Assembly: GCA_964588305.1 (NCBI GenBank) | Contig: CAZPOP010000001.1 | Span: forward strand, 56,736 to 120,735 | DNA: 64,000 nt | Direction: 5' to 3' | Source: an uncultured Ignavibacteria bacterium | GTDB lineage: Bacteria; Zixibacteria; MSB-5A5; SM1-73 | Shown here: positions 19,290 to 28,568 of the stretch, one piece after another | Numbering within the stretch: position 1 is the stretch's first letter | How the letters are laid out: each line of letters begins with the position of its first letter | Position numbers and translations under genes: made by a program | The notes under the pieces: generated by a model | The model's input: the letters and a program-made list of their open reading frames with translations, nothing else | Told to the model about the DNA's origin: nothing | The model's database searches: none

Positions 19290-19547
19290 GTGTGAGAAGA
19301 TTGAGAAGGTTCCATGCCAGGGTATTCTGCCCTGACCAAGATAAGGGGATAATGTTAGGCCGAAAGGCTGCACTGAACCACCGGCATTTGTCTGACCCTA
19401 AAAGAACTTGACTTTTTGAGGGGGATGGATAAAATAAAGCAAGATAAGAACGAGAAGCAGGGAGAAAGAAAAGCACAGGGACGTATATGTGGGCCTCGGA
19501 TACAGAGAACTTATCTGCAATGTCTTATCAAACATGAGAAAGCCTCA

Positions 19548-19958
19548 ATGATACAGATTCAATCATATGAAGACCTGTTACGGAAGTTTATCAAATTCGG
19601 GATTATTGGTTTTTCCGGCTTGATAATTGATTTTGGAGTTACCTATTTCTGCAAAGAAAAAGTCAAGATTCAGAAATACATTTCAAATGCCATAGGTTTT
19701 ACCACAGCCGCCAGCTCAAACTATTTTTTCAACAGGACCTGGACATTCCAAAGTGACAACCCTCGTATTCTGTCCGAATACTCAAGCTTTCTGGTTATAT
19801 CAGCAATTGGACTCGGAATAAATAGTCTTGTATTGTGGCTGTTAGTCAGCAGGTTCAAACAGAATTTCTACCTGTCGAAATTAATGGCCATAATAGTGAC
19901 CACAGTCTGGAACTTCACAGCCAATTACCTATATACTTTCAGTTATCTTCGTCGCTGA
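19548..19958 (+). CDS. GtrA-family membrane protein
   Basis: About 135 aa, 4 TM. FGIIGFSGLIIDFGV...WNFTANYLYTF is typical of GtrA. ATG 19548 is chosen over the long upstream extension of the ORF. Confidence 0.7.
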   Translation: MIQIQSYEDLLRKFIKFGIIGFSGLIIDFGVTYFCKEKVKIQKYISNAIGFTTAASSNYFFNRTWTFQSDNPRILSEYSSFLVISAIGLGINSLVLWLLVSRFKQNFYLSKLMAIIVTTVWNFTANYLYTFSYLRR

Positions 19959-19967
19959 ACAAGCAAT

Positions 19968-21479
19968 ATGGATAGAAAGCATTTACCTTTCTGGCTTGCC
20001 ACCATTTCCCTTTTTGCAGCACTGATCTTACCCACCCTGCTGAAAGACGGGATGTTCATGGATGGGCTTTTTTACAGTGTCCTTTCCAGAAATTTGGCTG
20101 AAGGTAGGGGCACCTTCTGGAACCCACATCTGACCGAAACGTTATACAATACATTCCACGAACATCCACCGTTGGTTTTTGGGATACAGTCTTTATTTTT
20201 CAGGATATTTGGTGATCACCTGCTGGTGGAGAGATTCTATTCGCTTCTTACAGCAATAATAACAGGCTGTTTTATCACGTTAATATGGAAGGAGATTTTC
20301 AAACAAAAGACTGAATTGGCAAGTTTGAGCTGGCTGCCTTTTCTTTTCTGGATTATTATTCCCCTGACCCATTGGTCATACAGGAACAACATGCTTGAAA
20401 ACACCATGGGCGTTTTCACCATTGTTGCCGTGTTTGTGTTTATCAAAGGGTTAAGTTCAAACAGGAAAATCTTTCTTCATTTGACTCTCGCTGGTTTCCT
20501 TATTCTCTTGGGGTTCTTGTGTAAGGGGTTTGTGGCATTGTTTCCGCTTGCAGTTGTGGCACTTTATTGGTTGATATTCAAAAACACCTCCTTTAGCAAA
20601 ATGACAGTTTATTCACTGATGCTGTGCTTTGTGGTCTTGTTGTTGTTATCGCTCATATTGCTTGACGCCGAGGCCCACCAAAGCTTATTGAAGTATCTTG
20701 ATGGACAAGTTGTGCGAAGCCTTAAAGGCGAAAGAGGACTCGTCGGTGAGAGGTATCATATCATCCAAACGTTGTTTACGGAGTTGCTCCCGGTGATGAT
20801 CTTGACAACAATAATGTTGATTCCCGCCAAGTTGAGAAAAATCAATATGAGTGGAATCGGAATTCACAAAAAATGGATGCTGTTGTTATTCGGCATCGGC
20901 GTTTCGGCTTCATTCCCAATAATGATAAGCGCTAAACAGTTAGGCTTTTATGCAGTACCCTCATTTCCGTATTTTGCAATTGGCTTCGCAATAATTGCGG
21001 CACCGGATCTGAATGAATTACTACAACGGGCAAACCCTGAAAACAAATGGTTCAGGATGTGTATGTGGGCATCTTCAATTCTTTTGATTTTTGTTATTGC
21101 TTTTTCAATGCTGCAAGTAGGAAAAATCGGCAGGGATCATGATAAACTCAGAGATATATATACGATTGGCAGAATCCTCCCCAGAGACTCAATTATCAGT
21201 ATTTGTCCTTCCATGCGAGGTGATTGGTCCTTACACGGCTACTTCGCACGTTATTTCAACATCAGTCTGGACCACACCGAGAAGGAATACAAGTATTATT
21301 TGACCGATAAAAGTTGTGATGGCTCTCTTTCAGAGGAATATAGCAAAATTGAACTGCCGACTAATATTTATAATTTATATCGAATCAAGGAGATAAAGAC
21401 AGGATTTTCAAGGCACTCCAAGCAATACAGCGTGAGCGCCGATTGCACTGGATCACACTTTGCTGCTTGCTCTCGGTGA
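19968..21479 (+). CDS. GT-C glycosyltransferase (family 39 / ArnT / PMT_2-like)
   Basis: 503 aa polytopic protein. The N-terminal loop is MDGLFYSVLSRNLAEGRGTFWNPHL...HEHPPL. Pairing with gtrA is typical. Confidence 0.65.
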   Translation: MDRKHLPFWLATISLFAALILPTLLKDGMFMDGLFYSVLSRNLAEGRGTFWNPHLTETLYNTFHEHPPLVFGIQSLFFRIFGDHLLVERFYSLLTAIITGCFITLIWKEIFKQKTELASLSWLPFLFWIIIPLTHWSYRNNMLENTMGVFTIVAVFVFIKGLSSNRKIFLHLTLAGFLILLGFLCKGFVALFPLAVVALYWLIFKNTSFSKMTVYSLMLCFVVLLLLSLILLDAEAHQSLLKYLDGQVVRSLKGERGLVGERYHIIQTLFTELLPVMILTTIMLIPAKLRKINMSGIGIHKKWMLLLFGIGVSASFPIMISAKQLGFYAVPSFPYFAIGFAIIAAPDLNELLQRANPENKWFRMCMWASSILLIFVIAFSMLQVGKIGRDHDKLRDIYTIGRILPRDSIISICPSMRGDWSLHGYFARYFNISLDHTEKEYKYYLTDKSCDGSLSEEYSKIELPTNIYNLYRIKEIKTGFSRHSKQYSVSADCTGSHFAACSR

Positions 21480-21563
21480 GGAACCTTAGCAGGGAGCGAT
21501 GCGCGGGAGTGTCAGGCCTGAAGGATTCTTGATGAAGCCATACTCGCAAGACGTCTCTATCAG

Positions 21564-21581
21564 GTTCACCTAAAGGTGAAC
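21564..21581. repeat. Hairpin GTTCACCtaaaGGTGAAC followed by ACTCC (family also at 43274 and 53314)
   Basis: Lies between convergent GT39 and osmC genes. The weak T-run (AGTTTTCT) makes it a candidate bidirectional terminator. Confidence 0.4.
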
Positions 21582-21612
21582 ACTCCAGTTTTCTATCTCT
21601 GCATCAAAATCG

Positions 21613-22029
21613 CTATTTATTGTTGATATTCCAATTATGGGTAATTTCAGCTTTTTCTCTCAACATGGCAGTGACCGAGCAATACTTTTCCTGAGACAGC
21701 TCGATTGCTTTTTTCACATTCTCTTCTTTGATGTCTCTTCCGACAAAATCATAATGGATGTTTATTTTGGTGAATATCTTGGGATGCTCCGGCGCCCGTT
21801 CGGAATCGATCTTGACGGTCATGCTTTCTAAATCGGTCCTCATCTTTTTTAGAATGGATACCACGTCCATGGCGGTGCAGCCGCCTAACGAGACCATCAG
21901 AAGCTCCATGGGCGCGGGTCCCTTGTCCTCGCCTCCGACTTCCGGTTTAGCATCCATCAGGACCGAATGCCCGGATTCGGTTTTTGCCTCAAATACCATT
22001 TTTCCCTTCCAGGTGAATTCGGTCAGCAT
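21613..22029 (-). CDS. OsmC/Ohr-family peroxiredoxin-like protein
   Basis: 138 aa. GGCTAMDV and CSVTAML are conserved Cys motifs of OsmC. Confidence 0.8.
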   Translation of the reverse strand: MLTEFTWKGKMVFEAKTESGHSVLMDAKPEVGGEDKGPAPMELLMVSLGGCTAMDVVSILKKMRTDLESMTVKIDSERAPEHPKIFTKINIHYDFVGRDIKEENVKKAIELSQEKYCSVTAMLREKAEITHNWNINNK

Positions 22030-22378
22030 GTGTTCTCCTTATTAAAGAAATCTATAAATTCTATTTAACATTTACCACCCAGCCAATGATTTATTCATTA
22101 GGAATGAACAAGCAAGCCGTGAAGGCTTGCCTGCGCGCCAAAGGGGAAGAAAGGCTGAGTCTTTTTATCTGATTTGGTCTTCGATGTTCTTCTGTTCCTC
22201 CGGAACAGCGCAACTTCTTTTCAGTCAGGTGTTGACACCCAATAAGGGCAGCAGGAATCCCCAGATCAAAAGCCACAAGACAAAGATCAAGACGAAAGTC
22301 AGGATGGTTTTTAAATCCATGATTTTACTTTTCATATTTTTAGGCTGCAGAGGAGACTCCTCTGAAGAAAGTGCTCTA

Positions 22379-22615
22379 TCACGTGCAAGGCTTGTGTCCG
22401 TATCCGCAGATCGGGCAAACGATCTCGTCGCCGTCTCTTTTCAGCTTGCCAAAATGGCAAAAGGGGCAATCCTGTCCTTCGGAGAGAATCTCAACCGCGC
22501 TCCCTGGATTTTGAGAGCTGATTTCAAGTTCCGCCTTCCTGACCGGGCAGATCGGCGGCGAGCTAATCGCTGTGGTTTTTTCTTGACTACCCATACGGGA
22601 AACCTGTTTGCTCAT
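22379..22615 (-). CDS. Small zinc-ribbon protein (hypothetical)
   Basis: CPFCHF...CPICGY ribbon. An internal ATG at 22615 is chosen to avoid overlap. The longest ORF runs to 22681. Confidence 0.35.
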   Translation of the reverse strand: MSKQVSRMGSQEKTTAISSPPICPVRKAELEISSQNPGSAVEILSEGQDCPFCHFGKLKRDGDEIVCPICGYGHKPCT

Positions 22616-22644
22616 ACGTTTTTCAGCCTTCACGGGAGATTCTT

Positions 22645-23073
22645 TCAATCGCAGTGTTTCCTGCACTCTTTGGCCATACATCTGTCCATCACCACTGTGA
22701 TGCCGTTTTGAGAAACTTTCAAGGCAGCAGGGTGATTTATCACCCCCTCCTGCATCCAGAGCACCTTGGCTTTAATCTTTATGGCCTGGTCCACTATGTC
22801 CGGGACGTGCTCCGGTCGGCGGAAGATGTCAACGATCTCTACCTTATCTGGTATGGAGGTTAAGTCGGGATAGGCTTTTTCTCCCAAGACCTCAGTCTCG
22901 TTGGGATTCACCGGAATGATCTTGAAGCCCTTTCTCTGCAAATGTCTTGCCACCCCGTACGAAGGTCTGGTGAGATCGGAGGAGAGCCCCACCACTGCCA
23001 CGTTCTTACGATTTGACAATATCTCCTTTATCCGGTCGTCCGATGGATTTTGGTGCTCTTCGGAATCAACCAT
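22645..23073 (-). CDS. CoA-binding domain protein (YccU-like)
   Basis: VAVVGLSSDLTRPSYGVARHLQRKGFKIIPVNP is a CoA_binding_2 Rossmann-type motif. Confidence 0.7.
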   Translation of the reverse strand: MVDSEEHQNPSDDRIKEILSNRKNVAVVGLSSDLTRPSYGVARHLQRKGFKIIPVNPNETEVLGEKAYPDLTSIPDKVEIVDIFRRPEHVPDIVDQAIKIKAKVLWMQEGVINHPAALKVSQNGITVVMDRCMAKECRKHCD

Positions 23074-23128
23074 AAAGGCCCTTCGGCATCCTCATTCGGC
23101 AAAAGGCGATCTTGCACATTCACACTCG

Positions 23129-23455
23129 CTATTTGACGATCTTGTCGATCTTTTCGACAAAATGCTGCTTGGGGACTGCCCCGACGATCTGATCCACCAC
23201 CTTCCCCTCTTTGAAAAACAGAACGCTGGGTATGCTCATGATCCCGTACTGGCCGGCAGTTTGACTATTCTCGTCCACATTTAATTTCCCCACCTTTATC
23301 TTTCCCTCATAATCTTCGCCGATCTCTTCGACAATCGGACTGACCATATGACAGGGTCCACACCAGGGAGCCCAGAAATCGACCAAAAAGAGCAGATCAG
23401 ATTTCAAAACTTCACCTTCAAAATTGCCGTCATTTATTTCTACGGGCGAACTCAT
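23129..23455 (-). CDS. trxA: Thioredoxin
   Basis: WCGPC active site. 108 aa. Confidence 0.9.
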   Translation of the reverse strand: MSSPVEINDGNFEGEVLKSDLLFLVDFWAPWCGPCHMVSPIVEEIGEDYEGKIKVGKLNVDENSQTAGQYGIMSIPSVLFFKEGKVVDQIVGAVPKQHFVEKIDKIVK

Positions 23456-23491
23456 TTTAACCTCCTCATATCAAAAATTGTGAATGATTGA

Positions 23492-24517
23492 TCACGAACG
23501 ACAAATCTCTTTCAGCTTTTCTTCCATCTCCTTCAACCGCTTGATATATTCAGGCAAACGGGAAAGGCAGGCTTCAATCTTTTTGGTTTTCTTGATTTCG
23601 CGTGCGGGATAGCCAAAGATAACCATGTTCTCAGGAATATCTTTGGTCACCCCTGACTTACCCCCGATCATTACGTTATTCCCGATTTTTATGTGTCCGA
23701 TTAATCCTACCTGTCCTCCCAGAATTACATTGTCTCCTATTTTCGTGCTTCCGCTGATTCCCACCTGGCCTGCGATGATGCAGTTTTTTCCTATGACCAC
23801 GTTATGCCCGATCTGCACCAGGTTGTCTATCTTCGTCCCTTGGCCTATCCGGGTGGCGCCCAGGGTGGCGCGATCGATGGTCACATTGGCCCCGATCTCC
23901 ACGTCATCCTCGATTATCACTTTGCCCATCTGAGGAATCTTGTGATGCATTCCCCTCTCCTGAGCATAGCCAAATCCATCCGAGCCAATCACCGCTCCCG
24001 AATGGATGATAACATTTTTGCCGATCTCTGTGTTTTCCCGTATGGTAACGTGCGGGTAGATCAGACAATTCTCTCCCACAATACTTCCGGCTCCGATAAA
24101 GGAGCCGGCCAAGACCGTTACCTTCCGCTCAAGACAAACATTATCCTCAATGACCACATAAGGTCCCAGATGGACCTCTTGGCCCAGCTTCACCTCCTTG
24201 CCCAAAACGGCAGTAGGATGGATGGTCTGGGGATACTCTCTTTTCGTTTCAAAAAAAAGCTCCATGACCCGGGAGAACGCAAGATAGGGATTGGCATGCC
24301 TGATCAACGGAACTTCTGCCTTTTCTGTTTCCTTCCCCACTATCACACAGGATGCGGAGGTCTTCTTCAGGAAAGCTTTATACTTTGGATTCGCCAAAAA
24401 GGTTAACTCGCCCACCTGGGCTTCCTCTATTCCCGCCACTCCGGATATTTCAACGGAGGGGTCCCCGACCAACTCTCCTTGGACGTACTCAGCTATCTCT
24501 TTCAACTTCTTCGGCAT
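23492..24517 (-). CDS. lpxD: UDP-3-O-acylglucosamine N-acyltransferase LpxD
   Basis: LpxD N-domain plus long left-handed hexapeptide-repeat region. ATG 24517 ([11 protein letters not shown]) is preferred over the extended ORF to 24655. Confidence 0.85.
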   Translation of the reverse strand: MPKKLKEIAEYVQGELVGDPSVEISGVAGIEEAQVGELTFLANPKYKAFLKKTSASCVIVGKETEKAEVPLIRHANPYLAFSRVMELFFETKREYPQTIHPTAVLGKEVKLGQEVHLGPYVVIEDNVCLERKVTVLAGSFIGAGSIVGENCLIYPHVTIRENTEIGKNVIIHSGAVIGSDGFGYAQERGMHHKIPQMGKVIIEDDVEIGANVTIDRATLGATRIGQGTKIDNLVQIGHNVVIGKNCIIAGQVGISGSTKIGDNVILGGQVGLIGHIKIGNNVMIGGKSGVTKDIPENMVIFGYPAREIKKTKKIEACLSRLPEYIKRLKEMEEKLKEICRS

Positions 24518-24659
24518 CTTGTCTTTAACTTGTTTGGTTCTTTTGCCGACCGAACGTGAGGCTCCCCACACAAAGGAGCCTTGCTCGCTCAATCTCTCCC
24601 ACCTGTGGTGCTTACCACAAGTCTCGTGCCAAAAGCAGGCACTACAGCCAGCCACCGCC

Positions 24660-25253
24660 TTATTCTAGTTTGTCCAGTTCCTCCAAAACCAAGTCGGTTA
24701 GATCCAGAGTTTTCTTTGCGTATGCGATGTTGCCGTTGACCGAATCAAAGATCATGATGATGTTTTCCTCCGTGGCGATCTTTTCCAAAACCAGATTGAT
24801 CTTATCCAGGATCGGTTTGGTCAACTCCGCATTTCTCTTTTCCGCCTTTCCCCCCGGACCGAAGACGTCATTGGTGAATTTTTGGTACCTGCGCTGCTGA
24901 ACTTCCAGTGAATCCTCTTTCTCCTGTCGTTTGGCCTGGCTCAAGATGAGACTGGTTTTTTCCAAGTCCGCCTTCAGGCTGTCAATGGTCTTTCCCATCT
25001 GGGCGGCTTCATCCTCCCAGGTTTTCACATCCTGATCGAATTTTGCCTGGGCATCCTTGAACTCCTTAAATTCGGTTCTGAGACGCATGGAATCCACGTA
25101 ACCGATTCTCCCCTCCTGGGAGGACGTGGAACTGGGGAGAAACAAGACAAACGATATGATCAAGGCCAGGCAAAAAGCAGCCAATGACGAATGACCGATG
25201 ACGAATGGTACTAGACTTTTTCGCCCTGCCCAACTTCCGGTTCCTGACGGCAT
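24660..25253 (-). CDS. skp: OmpH/Skp-family periplasmic chaperone
   Basis: Signal/TM segment followed by a coiled-coil Lys/Glu-rich region. Sits between bamA and lpxD, the conserved position. Confidence 0.7.
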   Translation of the reverse strand: MPSGTGSWAGRKSLVPFVIGHSSLAAFCLALIISFVLFLPSSTSSQEGRIGYVDSMRLRTEFKEFKDAQAKFDQDVKTWEDEAAQMGKTIDSLKADLEKTSLILSQAKRQEKEDSLEVQQRRYQKFTNDVFGPGGKAEKRNAELTKPILDKINLVLEKIATEENIIMIFDSVNGNIAYAKKTLDLTDLVLEELDKLE

Positions 25254-25391
25254 TTTGTTTTTCCTCCTGCAAAAAGTGCTTTATCGTTTTACGTTCAACA
25301 AGACCTTCCAAATCCACCGAGGCACCGGTTAGACGATACCTCATGGCCGGAGATGAAGATGATCCTCAGACCCAGGACCTTTGGCCTGTTT

Positions 25392-27755
25392 CTAGAAGGT
25401 GGTTCCGAACTGGAAATGGGGTCTCCACTCACCCTTTTCCGGGTGATCGAATCCGTAGGCAAAATCAAATCCGATTACTCCCATGCCAGGCACCACCAAT
25501 CTGGCTCCCAAACCGGCAGATCTGAAAAGATCAAGGTCTGATTTGTGTCTTAAGGCAAAAGGTCGGATGGCCCGCCCCGACATCCAGGCGTTGCCCGCGT
25601 CGGCAAACAATAGCGCGTAAATCTGCTGCTCAACTATGGGGAATTGATATTCCACGTTGTAAACTAAAACCGACCGTCCCCTCAGAAGATTTCCTTCCGA
25701 GTCAGCCGGGCCAATGGATCCATCAGAGTATCCCCGGATCATTCCGTCTGGATCAGTCCCGCCGGGCGAGAAGCGTTCGCTGTAAACCTCCGCAGCTTCC
25801 CTGTCTTTCCCATCCAATACCCCCACCCTCGCGTGAAAGGCAAGGACGAATTTCCAAAAGGTCGTCAGATAGTATTTGGCCTCGAATATGTGTTTGTGAT
25901 AGGATGAGTTTCCTCCCAAGGCCTCTGCAGCTAATTCGGTGTACCAGGAGAGGACCGACCCCCGGGTGGCAAACTGAGGCAGGTCTCTTGAATCCCTGAG
26001 AAAGTTAATGGAGGTGCTTGCGCTTCTGCGAGGCCATTCGACTAAGGCAAGAGGATTAACGTAACCGGAAGGATTGATGAATTCAGACACATGATCAAAA
26101 GACAGGGGGAGATTTACCTGCCAAAGGGGATGAGAAGGACGAGTGATGTCGTAAGCGAAATCGTAGTATCTCAACTTCTCCAGCCGGTAGCGCCAATAGA
26201 CTCTGAAAAAATCGTCCGGCCAGGATAACCTTCTCCCCAACCTCAAGGAGAATCCTCTGGTCTCTTCGGTAAATTCATCGTACCAGTCCCGGTTTATCTG
26301 ATAGATGTCGAAGCCCACCGACGTGGGGGTGTCTCTGAACCAGGGCTCGGTGAAGCTGATCTCCACGGTCTGCCTGGTTTTACCGAAGTCCCAGTTTAGT
26401 TTGGCGCTTTGACCATTTCCGAAAAGATTGGGGATTCCCAACCCTATGTTTCCCACCAATTTGTCGCGGGCGCTGTATCCGGCTCCGAACATGATCTGCC
26501 CGGTGGGTTTCTCTTCGACTCTTATGGAGAGGTCGATGTCGCCATTCTCCAGAACCTCGTAATCCGGCTCCACATTGGCAAAGTAGTTGAGATACATCAC
26601 GTCCCTGATGCTGCGCATGAGAGATGAACGTCTAAACTTCTGCCCCGGAAGAAGGGAAAGCTCTCTCCGGATCACCTTCTCCTTGGTCTTGGTATTACCC
26701 TGGATATTTACCATCCGGACGTTCGCCGGCATCCCCTCGGTTATGTGATAATCGACGTTCACCATCGTATCCCGGGTGGTAGTCTTGTCCTCTATCACCA
26801 CATAGATGTGGCCCTCCTCCTGATAAAGCGAATAGATGTTGCCCAGAGTCTCTTCATATTTCTCTTGATTGTAGATTTCATCCTTTTTGAATTTGACCAG
26901 CTTATTCAGCTTTTCTTCAGAAAAAAGTTTGTTCCCTTCCCAGCTGGCCTCTCCGAACTTATACCTGTCCCCTTCGGTCAAGAGAATCTGGATATACATG
27001 TCCTTGGGGGAAAGACTATCATACCAAATCGAGTCAGAGATTACACCCGCATCCAAATATCCCTCTTTTTTGTAGAATTCTACGATTTTCTCCTTATCCT
27101 CTTCGAATTCCTCGGGGTCAAACCCGCCGGAGCGCCACCAGCGATCTTCCTTGTTCTTCATCTGCTTTCTGATCTTTTTGTCTGTGAAGACCTGGTTGCC
27201 TTCGACGGTGATCCTTTTGATACTTACCTTTTTGCCCTCCTTTATCTTGAACTCCAAAGCCACTTCCCCTTCTTTGTCCGTCTCCAGAACCTGAGATTGG
27301 ATTTCAGCGGCAAGATAACCTTTCTCCCTGTAGATTGATCTTATGTTCTCCACGTCAGCCTTCACGTCCATGGGGCTTATTACCTTGCCCAAAGTGGTAT
27401 TAAGCTTCTCTTTGATTTCGTCTGTTTTTATTTTTTTATTTCCCGATATCTGGACGCTGGACGCTCTGGGATATTCTTTTACCTTGAAGTAAAGCTGCAT
27501 CCCCTCCTCTGTCTCTTTGCCTTGGATCTGAACGTCGGAGAAGAGTTTAATGGCGTATAACCTCTTGATGGCATTCTGGATTGCGGCTGGGTCCAACTCC
27601 GAGCCAGCTTTCAGCCCCGATGCATTCATAATCAGGGACCTGTCCACAGTCCGGTTGCCCTGCACCTCTATCTTGGAGATAACCACGGCGGAGGAGATTT
27701 GGCAACACAATGCGGAGAGGAAAAAGGTGAGTGCGAAAAAAATCCTTCTTAGCAT
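25392..27755 (-). CDS. bamA: Outer membrane protein assembly factor BamA
   Basis: Signal peptide, POTRA repeats, C-terminal beta-barrel ending in FQFGTTF. 787 aa. Confidence 0.85.
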   Translation of the reverse strand: MLRRIFFALTFFLSALCCQISSAVVISKIEVQGNRTVDRSLIMNASGLKAGSELDPAAIQNAIKRLYAIKLFSDVQIQGKETEEGMQLYFKVKEYPRASSVQISGNKKIKTDEIKEKLNTTLGKVISPMDVKADVENIRSIYREKGYLAAEIQSQVLETDKEGEVALEFKIKEGKKVSIKRITVEGNQVFTDKKIRKQMKNKEDRWWRSGGFDPEEFEEDKEKIVEFYKKEGYLDAGVISDSIWYDSLSPKDMYIQILLTEGDRYKFGEASWEGNKLFSEEKLNKLVKFKKDEIYNQEKYEETLGNIYSLYQEEGHIYVVIEDKTTTRDTMVNVDYHITEGMPANVRMVNIQGNTKTKEKVIRRELSLLPGQKFRRSSLMRSIRDVMYLNYFANVEPDYEVLENGDIDLSIRVEEKPTGQIMFGAGYSARDKLVGNIGLGIPNLFGNGQSAKLNWDFGKTRQTVEISFTEPWFRDTPTSVGFDIYQINRDWYDEFTEETRGFSLRLGRRLSWPDDFFRVYWRYRLEKLRYYDFAYDITRPSHPLWQVNLPLSFDHVSEFINPSGYVNPLALVEWPRRSASTSINFLRDSRDLPQFATRGSVLSWYTELAAEALGGNSSYHKHIFEAKYYLTTFWKFVLAFHARVGVLDGKDREAAEVYSERFSPGGTDPDGMIRGYSDGSIGPADSEGNLLRGRSVLVYNVEYQFPIVEQQIYALLFADAGNAWMSGRAIRPFALRHKSDLDLFRSAGLGARLVVPGMGVIGFDFAYGFDHPEKGEWRPHFQFGTTF

Positions 27756-27896
27756 CTATTCTTTACCCGATAGTTGCTGACTCGGATTGGCAAGCCCCGC
27801 CAGAGCGGGATCTACGACTTCAGCTTAACCGTTTTAACCTCTGGAAAATAAATCGTCTTAGTCCGCCTAAAGGGCGTCTTCAAAGGGCCCGACGCA

Positions 27897-27963
27897 TCAT
27901 TCTGAGGAAACCCACCAGAGGTGTGAACCGCATGCTGCACACCAAGGGTGGGGTCAGAATGAC
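27897..27963. repeat. MITE/BIME-like element bounded by TCATTCTGAGG ... GGTCAGAATGAC inverted termini
   Basis: Inverted termini enclose an internal imperfect hairpin (CCACCAGAGGTGTG...CACACCAAGGGTGG). Lies between rplU and bamA. Confidence 0.6.
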
Positions 27964-28075
27964 AAGTTTGTCAATTTCAAGTTTTTCGGAAGTTCCAAAA
28001 GGTGGACACTCCAACTCATCTCATACCGAAGTTTCCAAAAAACTCATCCTTCGTCCGTTACCCATAATTCGTTAT

Positions 28076-28390
28076 TTACAAAGGCGCGTGTATTTTGTTG
28101 ATCCTGACCTCGGTATACTGCTGCCTGTGACCTTTCTTTCTTCTATACTTCACTCTCCGTTTGAATTTAAAGACGGTGATTTTTTCAGCTTTTCCTTGGG
28201 ACAAGACTTCTCCTTCGACCTTGGCGTCATTCACGTAAGGCGCGCCTATCAAAGGTTTCTCTCCGCCGACCAACAGGACTTTGTCGAAGGTGATCTTATC
28301 CTTCGGTTTTGCTCCCAACCGGGGAATCCGAACCTTTTCTCCCTCTTTGACGTTGAACTGAAATCCCCCGCTTTCCACAATGGCGTACAT
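28076..28390 (-). CDS. rplU: 50S ribosomal protein L21
   Basis: MYAIVESGGFQFNV...KFKRRVKYRRKKGHRQQYTEVRI. Confidence 0.9.
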   Translation of the reverse strand: MYAIVESGGFQFNVKEGEKVRIPRLGAKPKDKITFDKVLLVGGEKPLIGAPYVNDAKVEGEVLSQGKAEKITVFKFKRRVKYRRKKGHRQQYTEVRINKIHAPL

Positions 28391-28568
28391 AATGTTCTCC
28401 TTTGAATTCGTTACCGTGCCGGAATCACTTCACCGTAACCCCTGGTTTGGAGGGCTCACCGGTTGGGTCAAGGAATTCGACCGGCACAAAAGACCCCAGC
28501 TTCCTTCCCCAAAGGTTTATACTAATATATTTCGCTTTAGTTTCAAGTCAAGGCAAATCCGGGATTGG

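Noticed and set aside
22127-22711. 194-aa plus-strand ORF
   Set aside because: It overlaps the minus-strand zinc-ribbon and CoA-binding genes antisense. Low-complexity translation. Judged spurious.
26745-27338. 197-aa plus-strand ORF inside bamA
   Set aside because: Antisense to a confidently identified bamA. Typical shadow ORF.
27756-28075. rpmA (L27) expected downstream of rplU
   Set aside because: All three minus-strand frames translated by hand give only short peptides with no L27 signature. No gene called.
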